In this document: positions 19,355 to 31,501 of the stretch, piece by piece
Layout of the letters: each line of letters opens with the position of its first letter
Numbering within the stretch: position 1 is the stretch's first letter
Virus record (IMG/VR): IMGVR_UViG_3300021256_000077
Location: 33,488 to 97,487 of that record
DNA from: a virus
Lineage: Duplodnaviria > Caudoviricetes
Direction: 5' to 3' (one strand)
Length of the DNA stretch: 64,000 nt
Notes under the pieces: model-generated
Told to the model about the DNA's origin: nothing
Seen by the model: only the letters and a program-made list of their open reading frames with translations
Databases searched by the model: none
Program-made: the position numbers and the translations under genes

Positions 19355-22300
19355 ATGAACGAAGACCTGCGCGAAGCCATCCATGAATGGATTAAGGAAT
19401 TTGACCAGTACGAATGTGATGACACCGTTCTGCGTGATGAAATGGAACGGCTACTGGAGATAGAACGGGATGATGAACTGTATGAAAAAGCCCTGATTAT
19501 TCGGGGCATGATCATTGTTATTCAGCACGATCTCGATTACGGAGATTCGGAATTCGCTCCTGGCTATTGGCTGACTTGCGATGCGGACGAAATCTGCGAC
19601 CGGATTATTTGGATTCACAACTACAACAAGAAGAACGGAGGAAACTGAAATGGCAAAGATCATGAAGGACGGATGGCATATTGTGTGCGGCTATGAAGTG
19701 TACGTGGAAGACAACAGAATTCGGCGCGGGGTCAAGAAAGACTACAACGGTGGCCTTGTTCCGGCATGGCCTTATCAGTGGCTGGACAAGTACAACTGCT
19801 GGACCGAAGCTTGCGGAGTCACGGTGTCAGCTTTCCGCTCCGGGTTCTATCGTGGAACCTACGATATGAAGTGAGGAGGAACGAACAATGATTAAGAGCT
19901 ACAGTTTTGACGGTTGTGAAGTAAAGATCGAGCTGGAAAGCGGAAAGACCTATAAAGCCTATATGGGCGGGCTGTTCTACGGTCATTATGCGGCCTTCTT
20001 CGGATTCTTGGTTGCGGAAATTGAGTATGCCATCGGTAAACGTGCAGACGTTCCCAAGCTTCGGGGTATGACGTGGAACGAGATGTGGGCAATCAAAGAT
20101 GAACTGGTCGATCATATCAAGAGTACGCATTATCTTGACGATGAAAACAAAGCACACTTTTTTACAGCTCTGTGCAGTGCCCTTCCTGACAAGCGTCACC
20201 TCGGCGATGGGCATGCATGGACAGATGGCGAAACAATCTATGTTGATAACAAACTGCTGCGCGAAAAGTTGGCCGATGTTATCGAGATGATCGATGATAA
20301 CGTGAAAGCTCCCACCGGATATTACGATCCGAGCGACGGCGTTGATGATGATGTGACCGGATGGCACTACATCGATATCGATTAAGGAAGAACTGCGCTA
20401 GACAAGGGGGTGACGATATGGACTTTACGGAAATCTGGAACGAAGCCTACAACATTTACGCTGACTTCGCTGTAGCCGATGAGGAAGAAGCCGTGCGTCA
20501 GCTTAACAAATTCCTGGCGGAAGTTATCAATGATGGTCAGCTTAGTGTGGCCGATGCCATCTATATGGCGAACGACGTGATTACTACTTTCGAACTGTAA
20601 TTGGAGGAATGATTATGTACAGAACTTTGAATAAGAACTTCTGCTTCTATGCGGTAGAGTACGACGGCGTCACGACCATTCATGGATTCAGCAGTGACGT
20701 CAGCCCGGATGTTTTCTTTACCAACGTGGCCAGGACCATTGCCTTTGATGACTGCACGAATGAGAACGTTACGGGAATCTACTGGCATGGTGAGCGGGTA
20801 TTTTACAATGGATGGAAGCCCGGAATGGTGTACATCTTCTGCTTCTGCAATCTGGATCGCAAAGTTGTATGGGAAGGCAGCTTCCCCGAATGGGATCATT
20901 AAGGAGGAATGGTTATGAAGACACGCAAAATCTTGGACATCTGTGAGTTCGGAGTACACGTGATCTGCATCAAGACCGACGAGAAAACTAATCCGTATCG
21001 AATTTACCACATCAAATGGTACGACGGACGCAAGCACAAGAAATTGTTAGCAAAGTATCAGGACTTTTACAGCGTCATGTACCACATCCTGAGTCTTTAC
21101 TGCGGAATCAACACTTAACTCAGGAAATAGAATCCAAAAATCGCGTCCAGACCTCGGGATGATAAATTGATCGACCTTGGGTCTGGAACGCGAAATTGTA
21201 TGAAAAACTATTGTAATTGTGGAGGTTTGAAGTATGAAAAAGTTTGATGTTATTACTCGGTATGCTACCTATCCGAACTGCTACCTGAATCAGTCAGAGT
21301 ACTCCAACAATAATCACATCTATTTGGCCATCTGGTCGGAAGAAGAGGGGCCGATCAGCAATCTGACCGTCAATGTGGACGGCATTGAGGCTTATCCTAA
21401 GAACTATAGCTGCGTGGACATCAATAATTTCCCGGAAGCGGACGCAGTCATCCGCAAGCTCAAGATCGGCAAGGCAACCGAGCGTTGCATCTGGTCTGGA
21501 ATGTGCATGTATCCGATCTACGAGTTTGACATGGCGAAAATCAACGCCGTGATGGGCAGAAAAGTGTACGTTGTGGAGTTTGACATCCAGAGAAACCGCA
21601 CGACCTACTTCTACAACTACTTTACCTTTGCGGCAAACGCCAAGGATGCTTGTGAGATTGCAAAGCGGAACTGGAAAGCCAGTTGGCACATGTTCCATAT
21701 CCATGCAGTGAAATCGACCGTACAGAATCCTGACTGGTTGAGTGTTAAGAGCCGGGAAAACAAGGAATATAAGGGAAAGGACAGCATGGAGCGGTTCGTC
21801 TGCACCGATGACAGACCGTGGAAAAAATAATTTCACATCGTTGCAATAAAAACACAGAAATTGTTCCTTTATAAGCATAAGGAGGTATGAACATGAGGTT
21901 CAATAAGAACGATATCGTGATCAACTGGAATGAAGACTTTGTATGGAATCTGGAAACCGTTATCACTAATAATGAAATTTACATTCCGACGTTAAATTTC
22001 GAGTTTTGGAGTTCGGATGCTTTGAACGACATTGTCGATGAAATGCGTGCCGCAAAGGGATACAAGACGATCCTGCACTTCGATGATCCTTCGCCGGAAG
22101 ATAAAGACCCGGAAGTGTGGTATGACTTTTACATTGACGTGGCCAAGCATGGAGACAAGACCGGGCCTTGCATCTGGGCGAGTGTGCAAAATACCGACGC
22201 TGATGATAATAACACCTACTATACCATCGACCTGACCGATGAAGAAAGGCACGTGATTTACGAATGGTTGGATGAGCAGTGTCGGGAACATGAAGGCAAG

Positions 22301-23183
22301 TCGCTTGAAGAACTGACGAACGAGTATGTGTGAGGAGGAAAAACGATGAAACGACTGGTTTATGACGGCGACATCTACACCATTTCTTCTGCGGCCAAGA
22401 CCCCGGAAGAAGCAATTGAAACCCTGACACTTACGACTGAAGGATACTGCCTCGGACCTGAAGACCTGTGCGACACCGACCCGGAGTTTTTGGCGGAGAA
22501 CTTCGCCGACTTCGAAGAGATGAGCGCGTATGACGAAGATGTGCGAATCAATCACCTGGCGGAAGAGTGGGGACTCACCCCCGCTGAAATCGACTACCTG
22601 AGATGAGGAGGAACAAATCATGGAAAAGAAGTATGCAGTACTGATCAACGACAAACTGGCCGAGGAATTCGACAACTACAAGGAAGCCGCAACCTTCGCG
22701 CTGTGCAAGACCTGCGGATATGGCGACAAGATTTCGCTTTGCATGCCGGACGGCAAACGGGTAACGGTTCGGAAGGGTTATACGATTCCTGATGCAAATG
22801 ACCGCGAAGTAGTTGGCAAGCTTGCAAAGGATGAATTTCATTACGGCGTTCGCCACTTCCAGCTTGACCGGATTTACTCTGACCTTGCGATGGATGCCGA
22901 AGGATATCCGCTCATCGCGCTTGGATCGCTGTCAACCGCAGATTATCTGAATCTTACGTTGGCTGTATCCCTGGCGTTGCGTGAATACGAAGAAGGGCAT
23001 CCGTTTTTGATCGAACGTATCGACTTTGGTATTCATGCCCCTGAAAACTGGCAGGAAATTTGCGATAAGGTGAATGCAGAAACGGCGCAGCTCGGCATCA
23101 ATCATGATCTGAGTAAGGTTATGAAATACTTCCGCACAAAATACGCCCAGTACATTGACAATAACCGCACAATTGCGATCTGA
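19355..23183 (+). other. Run of hypothetical CDSs (19355-19648, 19650-19874, 19888-20385, 20418-20600, 20609-20902, 20909-21118, 21234-21830 with DUF4313-like N-terminus, 21887-22333, 22346-22606, 22620-23183)
   Basis: Packed + strand ORFs with RBSs; 21234 has the LTVN...DINNFP...SGMCMYP pattern. Confidence 0.7.
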
Positions 23184-23196
23184 GGAGGCCGATATT

Positions 23197-23790
23197 ATGG
23201 AAATGAATTACAGAGCTTACAGGATTGATGGTCTTGGGACAATCAGAACGGTAACAGAGAATGACGAACTCTGGTTCTATGTAATTGATGTGTTGAGAGC
23301 GATTGATATTTCAGCTTCCGCAGGGCTTACAATAAAGAATTCGTCCGTTCTTTCGTCACACAGCAGAAAAATCCGTGACATGGAAACTAGGCTTATGATG
23401 TGGGTTGTAAATGCCTGTGGCGTCCGTCAGTACATTTCAAGAAGAGCTGAATTTTTTGCCCGCAACAATACAGAAAAAGAGCTGGCTTTATGCAGTTGGG
23501 TAGATGAAGTGTCAGACGAATACGTGCCAAGCAAGCCAAGGTACAAGACAGTTCGCTCATTGGCGAAGGATTTGAATTTCGGGTGTCGGGAACTGTACAA
23601 GAAGCTTCTGGACGACAACATCTTGGAGTCGGTTGACGGTGTACTTCTCCCGACGCAGCAGACCAAGCTGTCTGGCTTGATGGCTCTTGTAATGACACGC
23701 AACATTTATGACACGCAGTACAACGTGTTATCGTATGTGACTGATAAAGGATGCAAGTACTTCAAGGAAAAATATTCCAAGGCAATATGA
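23197..23790 (+). CDS. BRO-N / antirepressor-like protein
   Basis: GTIRTVTENDELWFYVIDV N-terminus; TVRSLAKDL...VTDKGCKYF KilAC-like C-terminus. Confidence 0.7.
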   Translation: MEMNYRAYRIDGLGTIRTVTENDELWFYVIDVLRAIDISASAGLTIKNSSVLSSHSRKIRDMETRLMMWVVNACGVRQYISRRAEFFARNNTEKELALCSWVDEVSDEYVPSKPRYKTVRSLAKDLNFGCRELYKKLLDDNILESVDGVLLPTQQTKLSGLMALVMTRNIYDTQYNVLSYVTDKGCKYFKEKYSKAI

Positions 23791-23819
23791 CAACACCCCT
23801 GCGACGATTTTGTAAAAGA

Positions 23820-23854
23820 AAACAGCCCGCAGGCAACATTCCTGGGGCTGTTTT
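23820..23854 (+). terminator. Rho-independent terminator
   Basis: AAACAGCCC...GGGCTGTTTT. Confidence 0.65.
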
Positions 23855-24197
23855 GTGATTACGATTACAAAGGAGAAAGCGAACAATGACACAGAACGAA
23901 TGGTATAAGAAAGCCGAAGCAGAAATCAATCCTGTTATGGCACAGGTTGCCAGAATCATTAATGCAAAGCGCGAACATCCGGTGAAGATTGAGTACCTTG
24001 TAGAAACCGAGGAAAGCATCCAGTCCTACCCTGAATTCCATCAGCGGTATCATCACATGCGTCCTGATCGTGAGTGCATCTACATCTGGGAAGTCCGTGA
24101 TGGATTTGACTACCTGCTGTATGTAGTGAACATCGAAGGCGACTCAGTCCTGACTGCAATCTATGAAGCCATGAATCTGATTGCGGAAAAGTTCTGA

Positions 24198-24806
24198 TCA
24201 GACCGCCCGCAGAAAACCAACCGCAAGGCCAAGAATGCGGACTGGTTCGGCTGGATCTTCCGACACGAACATCGGGGCATATGCCATGTTCTCTGCGGAA
24301 AGCGTAAGCCCATCAGGTCGATGGTAGACGTGCTTGAGTGTTGCTTCATCTCCTATTAATACTGCGGCAATCTGACCGTCATCCACATCCGGCTGTCGGC
24401 GAATGAGCACGATGTCTCCTTCGAGGAACTTTGGAACCATGCTGTCACCCTTGCAGCGAAGTGCGAAATCACATTGCATATCAGGAACATTGACCTCCCC
24501 TTCCAGATTTTGCTCCGCAAGAATTGGAGTACCGCAGGCAATGGTACCTAAAATGGGAACCTTATGAAATGTAGGTTCGAAAATGTTGTCGGGCATAGAT
24601 ACTTCGTACATGGTTCCCATCAGGTAGTTGACCTTTACATTGAGAGCCTTGGCAATGGCCTCAATACGTGACTTTGATAACTCGATTTTCCCGTCTTCTA
24701 TTTTGGCGATTGTCGTTCTGGATTTGTAACCGAGCATCTCAGCCAGGGCTGTTTGAGTCATCCCAAGCTCCATGCGTCGGTTGCGGATGCGTTCGTTAAT
24801 CGTCAT
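24198..24806 (-). CDS. CI/LexA-like repressor (HTH-XRE + peptidase S24)
   Basis: RIRNRRMELGMTQTALAEMLG HTH; IACG cleavage site, GDSM and ATLKH catalytic motifs. Confidence 0.93.
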   Translation of the reverse strand: MTINERIRNRRMELGMTQTALAEMLGYKSRTTIAKIEDGKIELSKSRIEAIAKALNVKVNYLMGTMYEVSMPDNIFEPTFHKVPILGTIACGTPILAEQNLEGEVNVPDMQCDFALRCKGDSMVPKFLEGDIVLIRRQPDVDDGQIAAVLIGDEATLKHVYHRPDGLTLSAENMAYAPMFVSEDPAEPVRILGLAVGFLRAV

Positions 24807-24840
24807 ATGGATACCTCCTTCGGACGCATTGTAACACATG

Positions 24841-24914
24841 TGTGACTTAAAATCAACAGTGTGCTTGACAGAGCCTGACCTCAGTGATATGATTCATGTG
24901 TGATCTTAAATCAC
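24841..24914 (+). promoter_or_regulatory. sigmaA promoter flanked by two operator-like palindromes
   Basis: TTGACA (24865) -17 bp- TATGAT (24888); TGTGACTTAAAATCAACA and TGTGATCTTAAATCAC on either side, divergent from the repressor. Confidence 0.75.
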
Positions 24915-26264
24915 TTCCAGCCTTGTCGATCACCATCATAATAGGAGGAAACAATGAGGCAGTTCTTTTTAACTGGAAGAAACCCTGACCTGAACGAATA
25001 CGAATGGGCAGTCATCAGAGCGGAGAACAAGAAATCGGCCATTGAGAATGCAAAGATTTCCTATGGCTGGACATCGATTGTGACTCATGCCTCCGCAAGT
25101 CAGGCCTGCATCTTCTGTGAAAGAAGGAATAAGACATGATGACGCCTCAGGAAATCCGTGAGCGTCTGAAAGAGATCGATGCCCAGTTCGGAGTCATGCA
25201 CATCCTGCTCAACAAGAAGGTCAAGTACATGAGTGCGGAAGACACGCACTACGTGATCATGCAAATGCAGAAAATTCTCATCTGTATCGGAAACATCTTC
25301 CAAGTCGCACAGAATGCGAAGAAACCAAAGAAAGGTGAGCTTCAAGATGAACAAGGAACTGGAACATCAACTTGATCTGGCACTCGATGCGGTGATCCGG
25401 GCAGAATCCTTCGACGATCTTGCTCAGGCGGACGATCTGATGACCGATCTGCTGATAAAAACACGGTATCCGCAGGAATTGGGAGAGGTTCACACCCTCT
25501 TCCATGAACTCTGGATGGAAAAATCAAGAAAATTTTTCAAGTCGTGCAAAAAACAATCGATTTTAGCCTCTTATATATCGTAAGGGGGTGAAAGACCATG
25601 TTCAAGAAGGCGTTCTGCCTGAGCTGCAACTGTTTGAGGGACACATACATCGCAGCCCACAGAAAACCGCTCCGCCTGACCAAGCACTGCCGAGTTTGCG
25701 GATTCGAAATCGCCGACTACAGCCGCGAAGGATCGTATCTGCAAGCATTCCGGGAAGCCTGGGCATGGAATCAGTCATGAGTCCCGATACACCGCTGGAT
25801 ATGCAGGAAACCATCATCCGCATTGATCCGGCCGCCAAACGAGCGTACATCACATCAACCGAGGTCAGCCGTCATGATCGCCTGTTGTACTTGGGCAATC
25901 TGGCAAAGGCAAAAAAGCGTGGCAAAGTGATCCGCGATGACCGTGATGTAACGGAAATTGAAATCCCTGCAAACTGGATTATCCTATCGACCTCAAAAAA
26001 GGAGAGATTCGCACATGAGCAATTTTGAAACTTCCAATCGTGACCTTGAGCAGTTCCTGTGGGTGCATGGCTTTGTTCCTACCCATACCGAAAAGACCCC
26101 AGACTTCCTGACCAAGTGGGTGTTCGAGAATACCCCTGACCTGAAGAAGTGCCTGGAGGAATACCCGGCCGTGGTGGAACGCCGTCGTCGCAATCGTCCC
26201 CCGAAGTTTGCGGCATAATTAACCGCTTTGGTGTATAATAACGAGCAACGAGAGGAGCACCAAC

Positions 26265-27257
26265 ATGAAACATTTTGAAATCACCGAAGTATGGGCAAAA
26301 GACTGGCTGACAAAAATTCTCCCGAGTACCCGTGATCTGTATGTGGAGCGTGTCAACCGTACTCTTGGGCAGTGGGAACAGGACTTTAACATTACCATTG
26401 TTCCGTATCAGGTCAGCTCCATCACCATGTGGCATGTTACTGGCATCAATAAGGCTGAGATCGGTGTATGGACGATGGCTCTCCGGCAGCGCATTACCCC
26501 TGGAAGTTACAATGGTTACATGTCCGCAGTACGTAGCTTCCTTGATTGGTGTTACAACCGTGATGTAATCCTTGATAAGAACGGTGATCCGCTGAATACC
26601 AATCTGATGTCATGTATCAAGAGCGAGAAGGTTCCTGACAAGACTGAATCGCCACAATGGGAGCGCAAAGTACCCCGCGTTCTGACGATTGAGGACGTCA
26701 ATGAAATCATGGCAGAGATGGGCAATACGAGAAAGGTTGAGCGCAACCGGGCGATAGCCGCACTGATGATCTACAGTGGTCTGCGTACAACAGAAGTTTG
26801 CGAACTGACAGTTGGCGGAGTCCTGGGCGTAGAGCACGGCACGATTTACTGCAAGCGCAAGGGTGGTAAATGGTGTACGGTAGTTGTTGCAGAAGCTTTC
26901 TACCCGTATCTCAATGCTTATTTGAAGGTGCGCGAAGGAAGCATGGGCAGAGATGATTACCTGTTCACAAGCGGTGATGGTGGCCCTATGTCCCGCAAAA
27001 CCCTGTACTGCATTCTTGCTCCAATCCAGAAGAAACTTGGTCTTGCATCCGGTGGACATGCGCTTCGTGCTGCGTTTGCCAGTGAAGTTGCCAGACTTGG
27101 TGGTCCTGGTATTGCAAGGGACGCGCTGAACCATAAGCACATTCAGATCACGGATCGGTACATTGAGTCTTCTGTTGAGCAGCGTCGTGAGATTATCAAT
27201 CATCTCGCTTACGCTCCGTATGAAGACGAAATAGATGACAACCTCTTTGACTTATAA
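26265..27257 (+). CDS. Tyrosine recombinase / integrase
   Basis: Catalytic set GLRTTEV, KGGK, HALR, LNH, TDRY. Confidence 0.9.
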   Translation: MKHFEITEVWAKDWLTKILPSTRDLYVERVNRTLGQWEQDFNITIVPYQVSSITMWHVTGINKAEIGVWTMALRQRITPGSYNGYMSAVRSFLDWCYNRDVILDKNGDPLNTNLMSCIKSEKVPDKTESPQWERKVPRVLTIEDVNEIMAEMGNTRKVERNRAIAALMIYSGLRTTEVCELTVGGVLGVEHGTIYCKRKGGKWCTVVVAEAFYPYLNAYLKVREGSMGRDDYLFTSGDGGPMSRKTLYCILAPIQKKLGLASGGHALRAAFASEVARLGGPGIARDALNHKHIQITDRYIESSVEQRREIINHLAYAPYEDEIDDNLFDL

Positions 27258-27599
27258 ACAACAATAAAGGAAGGAAGAAAACAATGATTATTGATCTGAG
27301 TCAGGAGCTTTCCATGTTAAATGCGAAGCTTAAAGAGGTTAAGAACGAAGCGAAAGTTGCCAACAAAAGGCTTGATTATTTGTTTGACCAAGAAGATGGA
27401 TTCACTGAATACAATAAACAGATGAAGGTAGTGCTCGAGATCGAAGATGTAGAATATGCTCTCGAATACGCCATTCATATGCTTGAGAAGTGTGTGACAC
27501 GCAAAAGAAATTAACAACGACAACAACGAACAACCATAACAAGAAATCACAACTTGTTATGGTTGTTTTCTTTTGCGCAAAAATGAGGAGGTAAATGTT

Positions 27600-28601
27600 A
27601 TGCCCTTGAAGTTTGGTGCGGCAACACGCAAATCCGCAAAGCTGAAAATCGGTATCGGAGGTCCCTCCGGTTCCGGCAAAACCATGTCTGCCCTGCTGAT
27701 GGCCTACGGCATGATGAAAGAAGCGTACCCCAATCTGCCTGATGACGAAATCTGGGCAAAGATTTGCATCATCGACACTGAAAACGAATCCGGCAGCCTG
27801 TACACCAATATGCAGGTCGGTGCGACACACATCGGCACTTACAATGCCATCAATCTTGAGCCTCCGTTCGAAGCGGAAAGCTACATCAACGCCATCAAAC
27901 TGGCGGAGCAGAACGATCAGGAAGTTCTGATCATTGACTCCATCTCCCACGCTTGGGCGGGCGAGGGTGGTGCTCTTGAACGGCAGTCCAACATCGCAAG
28001 CCGTACCGGGAACTCCTACACGGCATGGAAAGAACCGAAGAAGGACATGAACAAGATGATGAACGCGATCCTTCAAAGCAAGTGCCATGTGATCTGCAAT
28101 ATCCGTGCGAAGACCGAGTATGCACAGGAGAAGGACAGCAAGGGCAAGACCATTGTCCGCAACCTTGGCATGGGCCTGATCACCCAGTCCGAATCCCAGT
28201 ACGAATACACGGTTCTGCTGATGCTGGACAACGCGCATACAGCAACCGCAGAGAAGGATCGCACCGCGCTGTTTGATGGCAAGTACTTTGTGGTAACGCC
28301 GGATACGGGACGCAGCCTGTATCGCTGGCTTCTGGAATCCAAACCCGAGCCTCCCGCCGAGCTGAAGGAAGAGGAAGAGCCGAAGGCCGCACCCAAGGCG
28401 AAGCCCAAAGCTGAGACCAAGCCCGTCGATAAGGCAAAGCTCCTGAAGGTAAACGAAGCAGTCACCAAGCTTGTCAAGAGTGGCAAGCGTGATGAGACCC
28501 TGGCCAAGGTCAATGAGATCATCGGACGTGAGGATGGCAACTATTATGCCGTCACCGATGGAGCACTGATCGAAAAACTGTTTGAAACATTCTGCGTTTA
28601 A
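27600..28601 (+). CDS. AAA_24 / Sak4-like ATPase (recombination)
   Basis: GPSGSGKT, IDTE and IIDSISHAW motifs; lies next to SSB. Confidence 0.85.
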   Translation: MPLKFGAATRKSAKLKIGIGGPSGSGKTMSALLMAYGMMKEAYPNLPDDEIWAKICIIDTENESGSLYTNMQVGATHIGTYNAINLEPPFEAESYINAIKLAEQNDQEVLIIDSISHAWAGEGGALERQSNIASRTGNSYTAWKEPKKDMNKMMNAILQSKCHVICNIRAKTEYAQEKDSKGKTIVRNLGMGLITQSESQYEYTVLLMLDNAHTATAEKDRTALFDGKYFVVTPDTGRSLYRWLLESKPEPPAELKEEEEPKAAPKAKPKAETKPVDKAKLLKVNEAVTKLVKSGKRDETLAKVNEIIGREDGNYYAVTDGALIEKLFETFCV

Positions 28602-28618
28602 GAGAAGGAGAAGAAAGT

Positions 28619-28999
28619 ATGAATCAGATCACTTTCAATGGACATCTCGCCCGTGATCCCGAGACCCGTACCGTCAACAACCAGGAAGTTGTCAGCTTCA
28701 CCGTGGGTAGCACATCTGCGGTAAAGAATGAGAACGGCGATTACAACACCATGTGGTATTCCTGCTCTGTCTGGGGCAAGTTTGGCAATCGCATTGCCAA
28801 CATGCATAAGGGTGACCCGATTATGGTAACTGGCAGCCTGAACGTGCGTAACTATGCGAAGCGCGATGGCACGAACGCTTATTCCCTGGATGTGCGCGTT
28901 ACCGATTACTCCATCATGGGATCTCCCAAGCGCAATGAGGCCGTGGCTACACCTGCCCCTGCTCAGTCTCAGCCCGCAGATGACGATCTTCCCTTCTAA
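28619..28999 (+). CDS. ssb: Single-stranded DNA-binding protein
   Basis: GHLARDPE N-terminus, KGD motif, DDDLPF tail. Confidence 0.95.
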   Translation: MNQITFNGHLARDPETRTVNNQEVVSFTVGSTSAVKNENGDYNTMWYSCSVWGKFGNRIANMHKGDPIMVTGSLNVRNYAKRDGTNAYSLDVRVTDYSIMGSPKRNEAVATPAPAQSQPADDDLPF

Positions 29000-29086
29000 T
29001 TGATTCATTCTACCCGGCGCGGATAACGGCAACCATGTAACGAACAACGAAGCGCCGCTACTTTTAAATTAAAGGAGCGGCCAGAT

Positions 29087-29656
29087 ATGACAACCAATCA
29101 GGAAATGGAAGTTCTGAAGAAGTACGATCACGTTATCACTAATGTTGTCAAGAGTTTTCGTTCCCGCGCGTTATATGGTTCGCGCATTGACTTTGAAGAT
29201 TTGAAGCAGGAGGCCGTAATTGCTGCGCTTCAATGGATTCGTCAGTATGAAACGCCGGAAGACGTCCCTTATGTATCAAAGTATGCGATGCTTAACGCTA
29301 TGTGCAGTCTGTGTATCAAGTATCTCTGGTATTCATATCCAGACCGTGCAAGCAGTATGCAGCAGTATCAGTCAATCGACATAGTGCTACTGCATGATGC
29401 ACAGCAGGAAGCGATCAATAAATCCACGCTGAGTCGTTGCGTGGATTATGATGAGGAATTCGCTTCTATTATCGACATCAAAGACTTCATTAATAATCTT
29501 GATGCTTCGGACAGCGAAATTCTCTGTCTCCGCATGCAAGGTTATACCTATGCACAGATTGCATCAATGTGTCACATCGATACGTCCACAGTTTGCCGCA
29601 GATTGAAACGCATGATGAAGCGTTTCCAGGATGGAGAAGGGGCGACAAGCGCATGA
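29087..29656 (+). CDS. Phage sigma-70/ECF-like sigma factor
   Basis: DFEDLKQEA (region 2); GYTYAQIASMCHIDTSTVCRRLKR (region 4). Confidence 0.8.
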   Translation: MTTNQEMEVLKKYDHVITNVVKSFRSRALYGSRIDFEDLKQEAVIAALQWIRQYETPEDVPYVSKYAMLNAMCSLCIKYLWYSYPDRASSMQQYQSIDIVLLHDAQQEAINKSTLSRCVDYDEEFASIIDIKDFINNLDASDSEILCLRMQGYTYAQIASMCHIDTSTVCRRLKRMMKRFQDGEGATSA

Positions 29657-31491
29657 CAATGGAAGAAGCAGTCCGCGACTATGCTGATCGTTACCTTTCT
29701 CCATATAAGATGCGCAAAAAGGCAGACGGATCGGTGGAATACTTTGCAAAGGAATGCCCGGTCTGTCATTCGCCAAAGCAGTACAAGTTTTCCATCAACA
29801 GTCACACAGGGTTCGCGCATTGCTTCCGTGGTGGCTGTGATTTCCATGGTTCCATCTACAAATTGCTGAGCATGGCGGGCGAAAAGCCCGTCAACATCAA
29901 AAATCAGGAAAAAGTTGGTGACTTCATGGCGGTTAAGAAGAATTATCGGCAGCCCAAGGAAGATACTGTCCCGCTGACGGATAAATGCCGCGAGTATATG
30001 CACAGGCGTGGCTTCAGTGACGAAACCATCGACGCTTTTGACCTCGTGTCAGATAAAAACGGCAATATCGTTTTTAATTTCACGAAGGATGGCAAGCTTG
30101 TGTACCGCAAGTTCCGCAAGCCGGAAAAATACGTGCAGGGACATGGCGAAAAGGAATGGACGTCGCCCGGATCGATGGAAGTGCTCTGGAATATGGACAA
30201 AATCAATCCCGAACTGCCCGTTTACCTGACGGAAGGACAGTTCGATGCCATGGCACTGTTCGAAGCGGGATTCTGTAACGTTGTGAGTGTTCCGGCGGGC
30301 TGCAATCACACCCAGTGGATCGACAACTGTTGGGAATTCATCGAGCAGGTCAAAACGTGGGTGATTTTCGGTGATTCAGACGAACCTGGTCAGCAGATGG
30401 TCAGCACGCTGAAGACTCGCCTATCCGTGAGCCAGGTGAAGTTCATTCCCATCGAAGCGTACCCCGCCAAGGACAGCGGTGACCTCATGAAAGATGCCAA
30501 CGAGATTCTGATTCGCCGTGGAGCGGATGGAATCAAGGAAGTGCTCGATCAGGCAGAGGATACCGTGATAAGCGGACTCCTGGACTTTGGCGAGATCGAA
30601 TATCAGGACCCGACCACCATTCCGCGCATTCCCACAGGGTTCAAAGGACTGGATGAAGCAATCGGCGGCTTCCTTGAAGGCGGACTCAGCGTCATCACGG
30701 GTGAAACCGGAAAAGGCAAATCCACAGTGTGCGGCCTGATGCTTCTGAATGCCATTGAGCGTGGTTTTAACTGTGCTATGTACTCTGGAGAGCTGACAAA
30801 AGAAGAACTTACGCAGTGGATCTTCCCCGAGGTGGCCGGAGACAGTTATTTGGTAGCCAAAGAGGACTCACGCGTCAAGAAAACCTTCGCAGTGCTCCCC
30901 GCCGCAACCGCCCAGCGCATCAATGAGTATCTGGCCGGAAGACTCTGGCTGTATGACAACAAAGCGGACGATATTCACACGTCCGTCATCGATTCCATCA
31001 CGTCGAAATTCGAAATTGCCGTCCGCAGGTTCGGAACAAAGCTCCTCATGGTCGATAACGTCATGTCTCTGACCATGAGCATGGAAGAAAATGAGAACGC
31101 AGCGCAGGCATACGTCATTCAGATGCTCAAACGCTTCGCTATGAAGTACAGCGTGCACATTCTGCTCGTTGCGCACCTCAACAAGTCCTTCAATGGGGCA
31201 ATGCCGGGGGTAAATTTCATTTCCGGCAACTCGATCATCTCAAAAACCGCCGATCAGGTCATTCTTCTGCACGAACAGCGCATGAAAGTGCTGAAAAACC
31301 GCATGGATGGCCGCAAAAAGACGATTCCATACGTCTATTGCCCTGCTTCGAAGCGGATTTATGAGGAATCCGTCGGAGATTTGTATCCCTGCAGCTGGAA
31401 TAAGGAAGGAATCCCGAAACCTCCGGTTGATATCGGCACAATCGAAGGTTTCAAGCCCATTCTTCCCCCGGCTGAAGAAAATCCGTTCTGA
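29653..31491 (+). CDS. Bifunctional primase-helicase (T7 gp4/Twinkle-like)
   Basis: CPVC...HCFRGGC Zn finger, TEGQFDAM and DSDEPG TOPRIM, GETGKGKS Walker A, LVAH. Confidence 0.92.
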   Translation: MTMEEAVRDYADRYLSPYKMRKKADGSVEYFAKECPVCHSPKQYKFSINSHTGFAHCFRGGCDFHGSIYKLLSMAGEKPVNIKNQEKVGDFMAVKKNYRQPKEDTVPLTDKCREYMHRRGFSDETIDAFDLVSDKNGNIVFNFTKDGKLVYRKFRKPEKYVQGHGEKEWTSPGSMEVLWNMDKINPELPVYLTEGQFDAMALFEAGFCNVVSVPAGCNHTQWIDNCWEFIEQVKTWVIFGDSDEPGQQMVSTLKTRLSVSQVKFIPIEAYPAKDSGDLMKDANEILIRRGADGIKEVLDQAEDTVISGLLDFGEIEYQDPTTIPRIPTGFKGLDEAIGGFLEGGLSVITGETGKGKSTVCGLMLLNAIERGFNCAMYSGELTKEELTQWIFPEVAGDSYLVAKEDSRVKKTFAVLPAATAQRINEYLAGRLWLYDNKADDIHTSVIDSITSKFEIAVRRFGTKLLMVDNVMSLTMSMEENENAAQAYVIQMLKRFAMKYSVHILLVAHLNKSFNGAMPGVNFISGNSIISKTADQVILLHEQRMKVLKNRMDGRKKTIPYVYCPASKRIYEESVGDLYPCSWNKEGIPKPPVDIGTIEGFKPILPPAEENPF

Positions 31492-31501
31492 GGAGGTCAA
31501 T

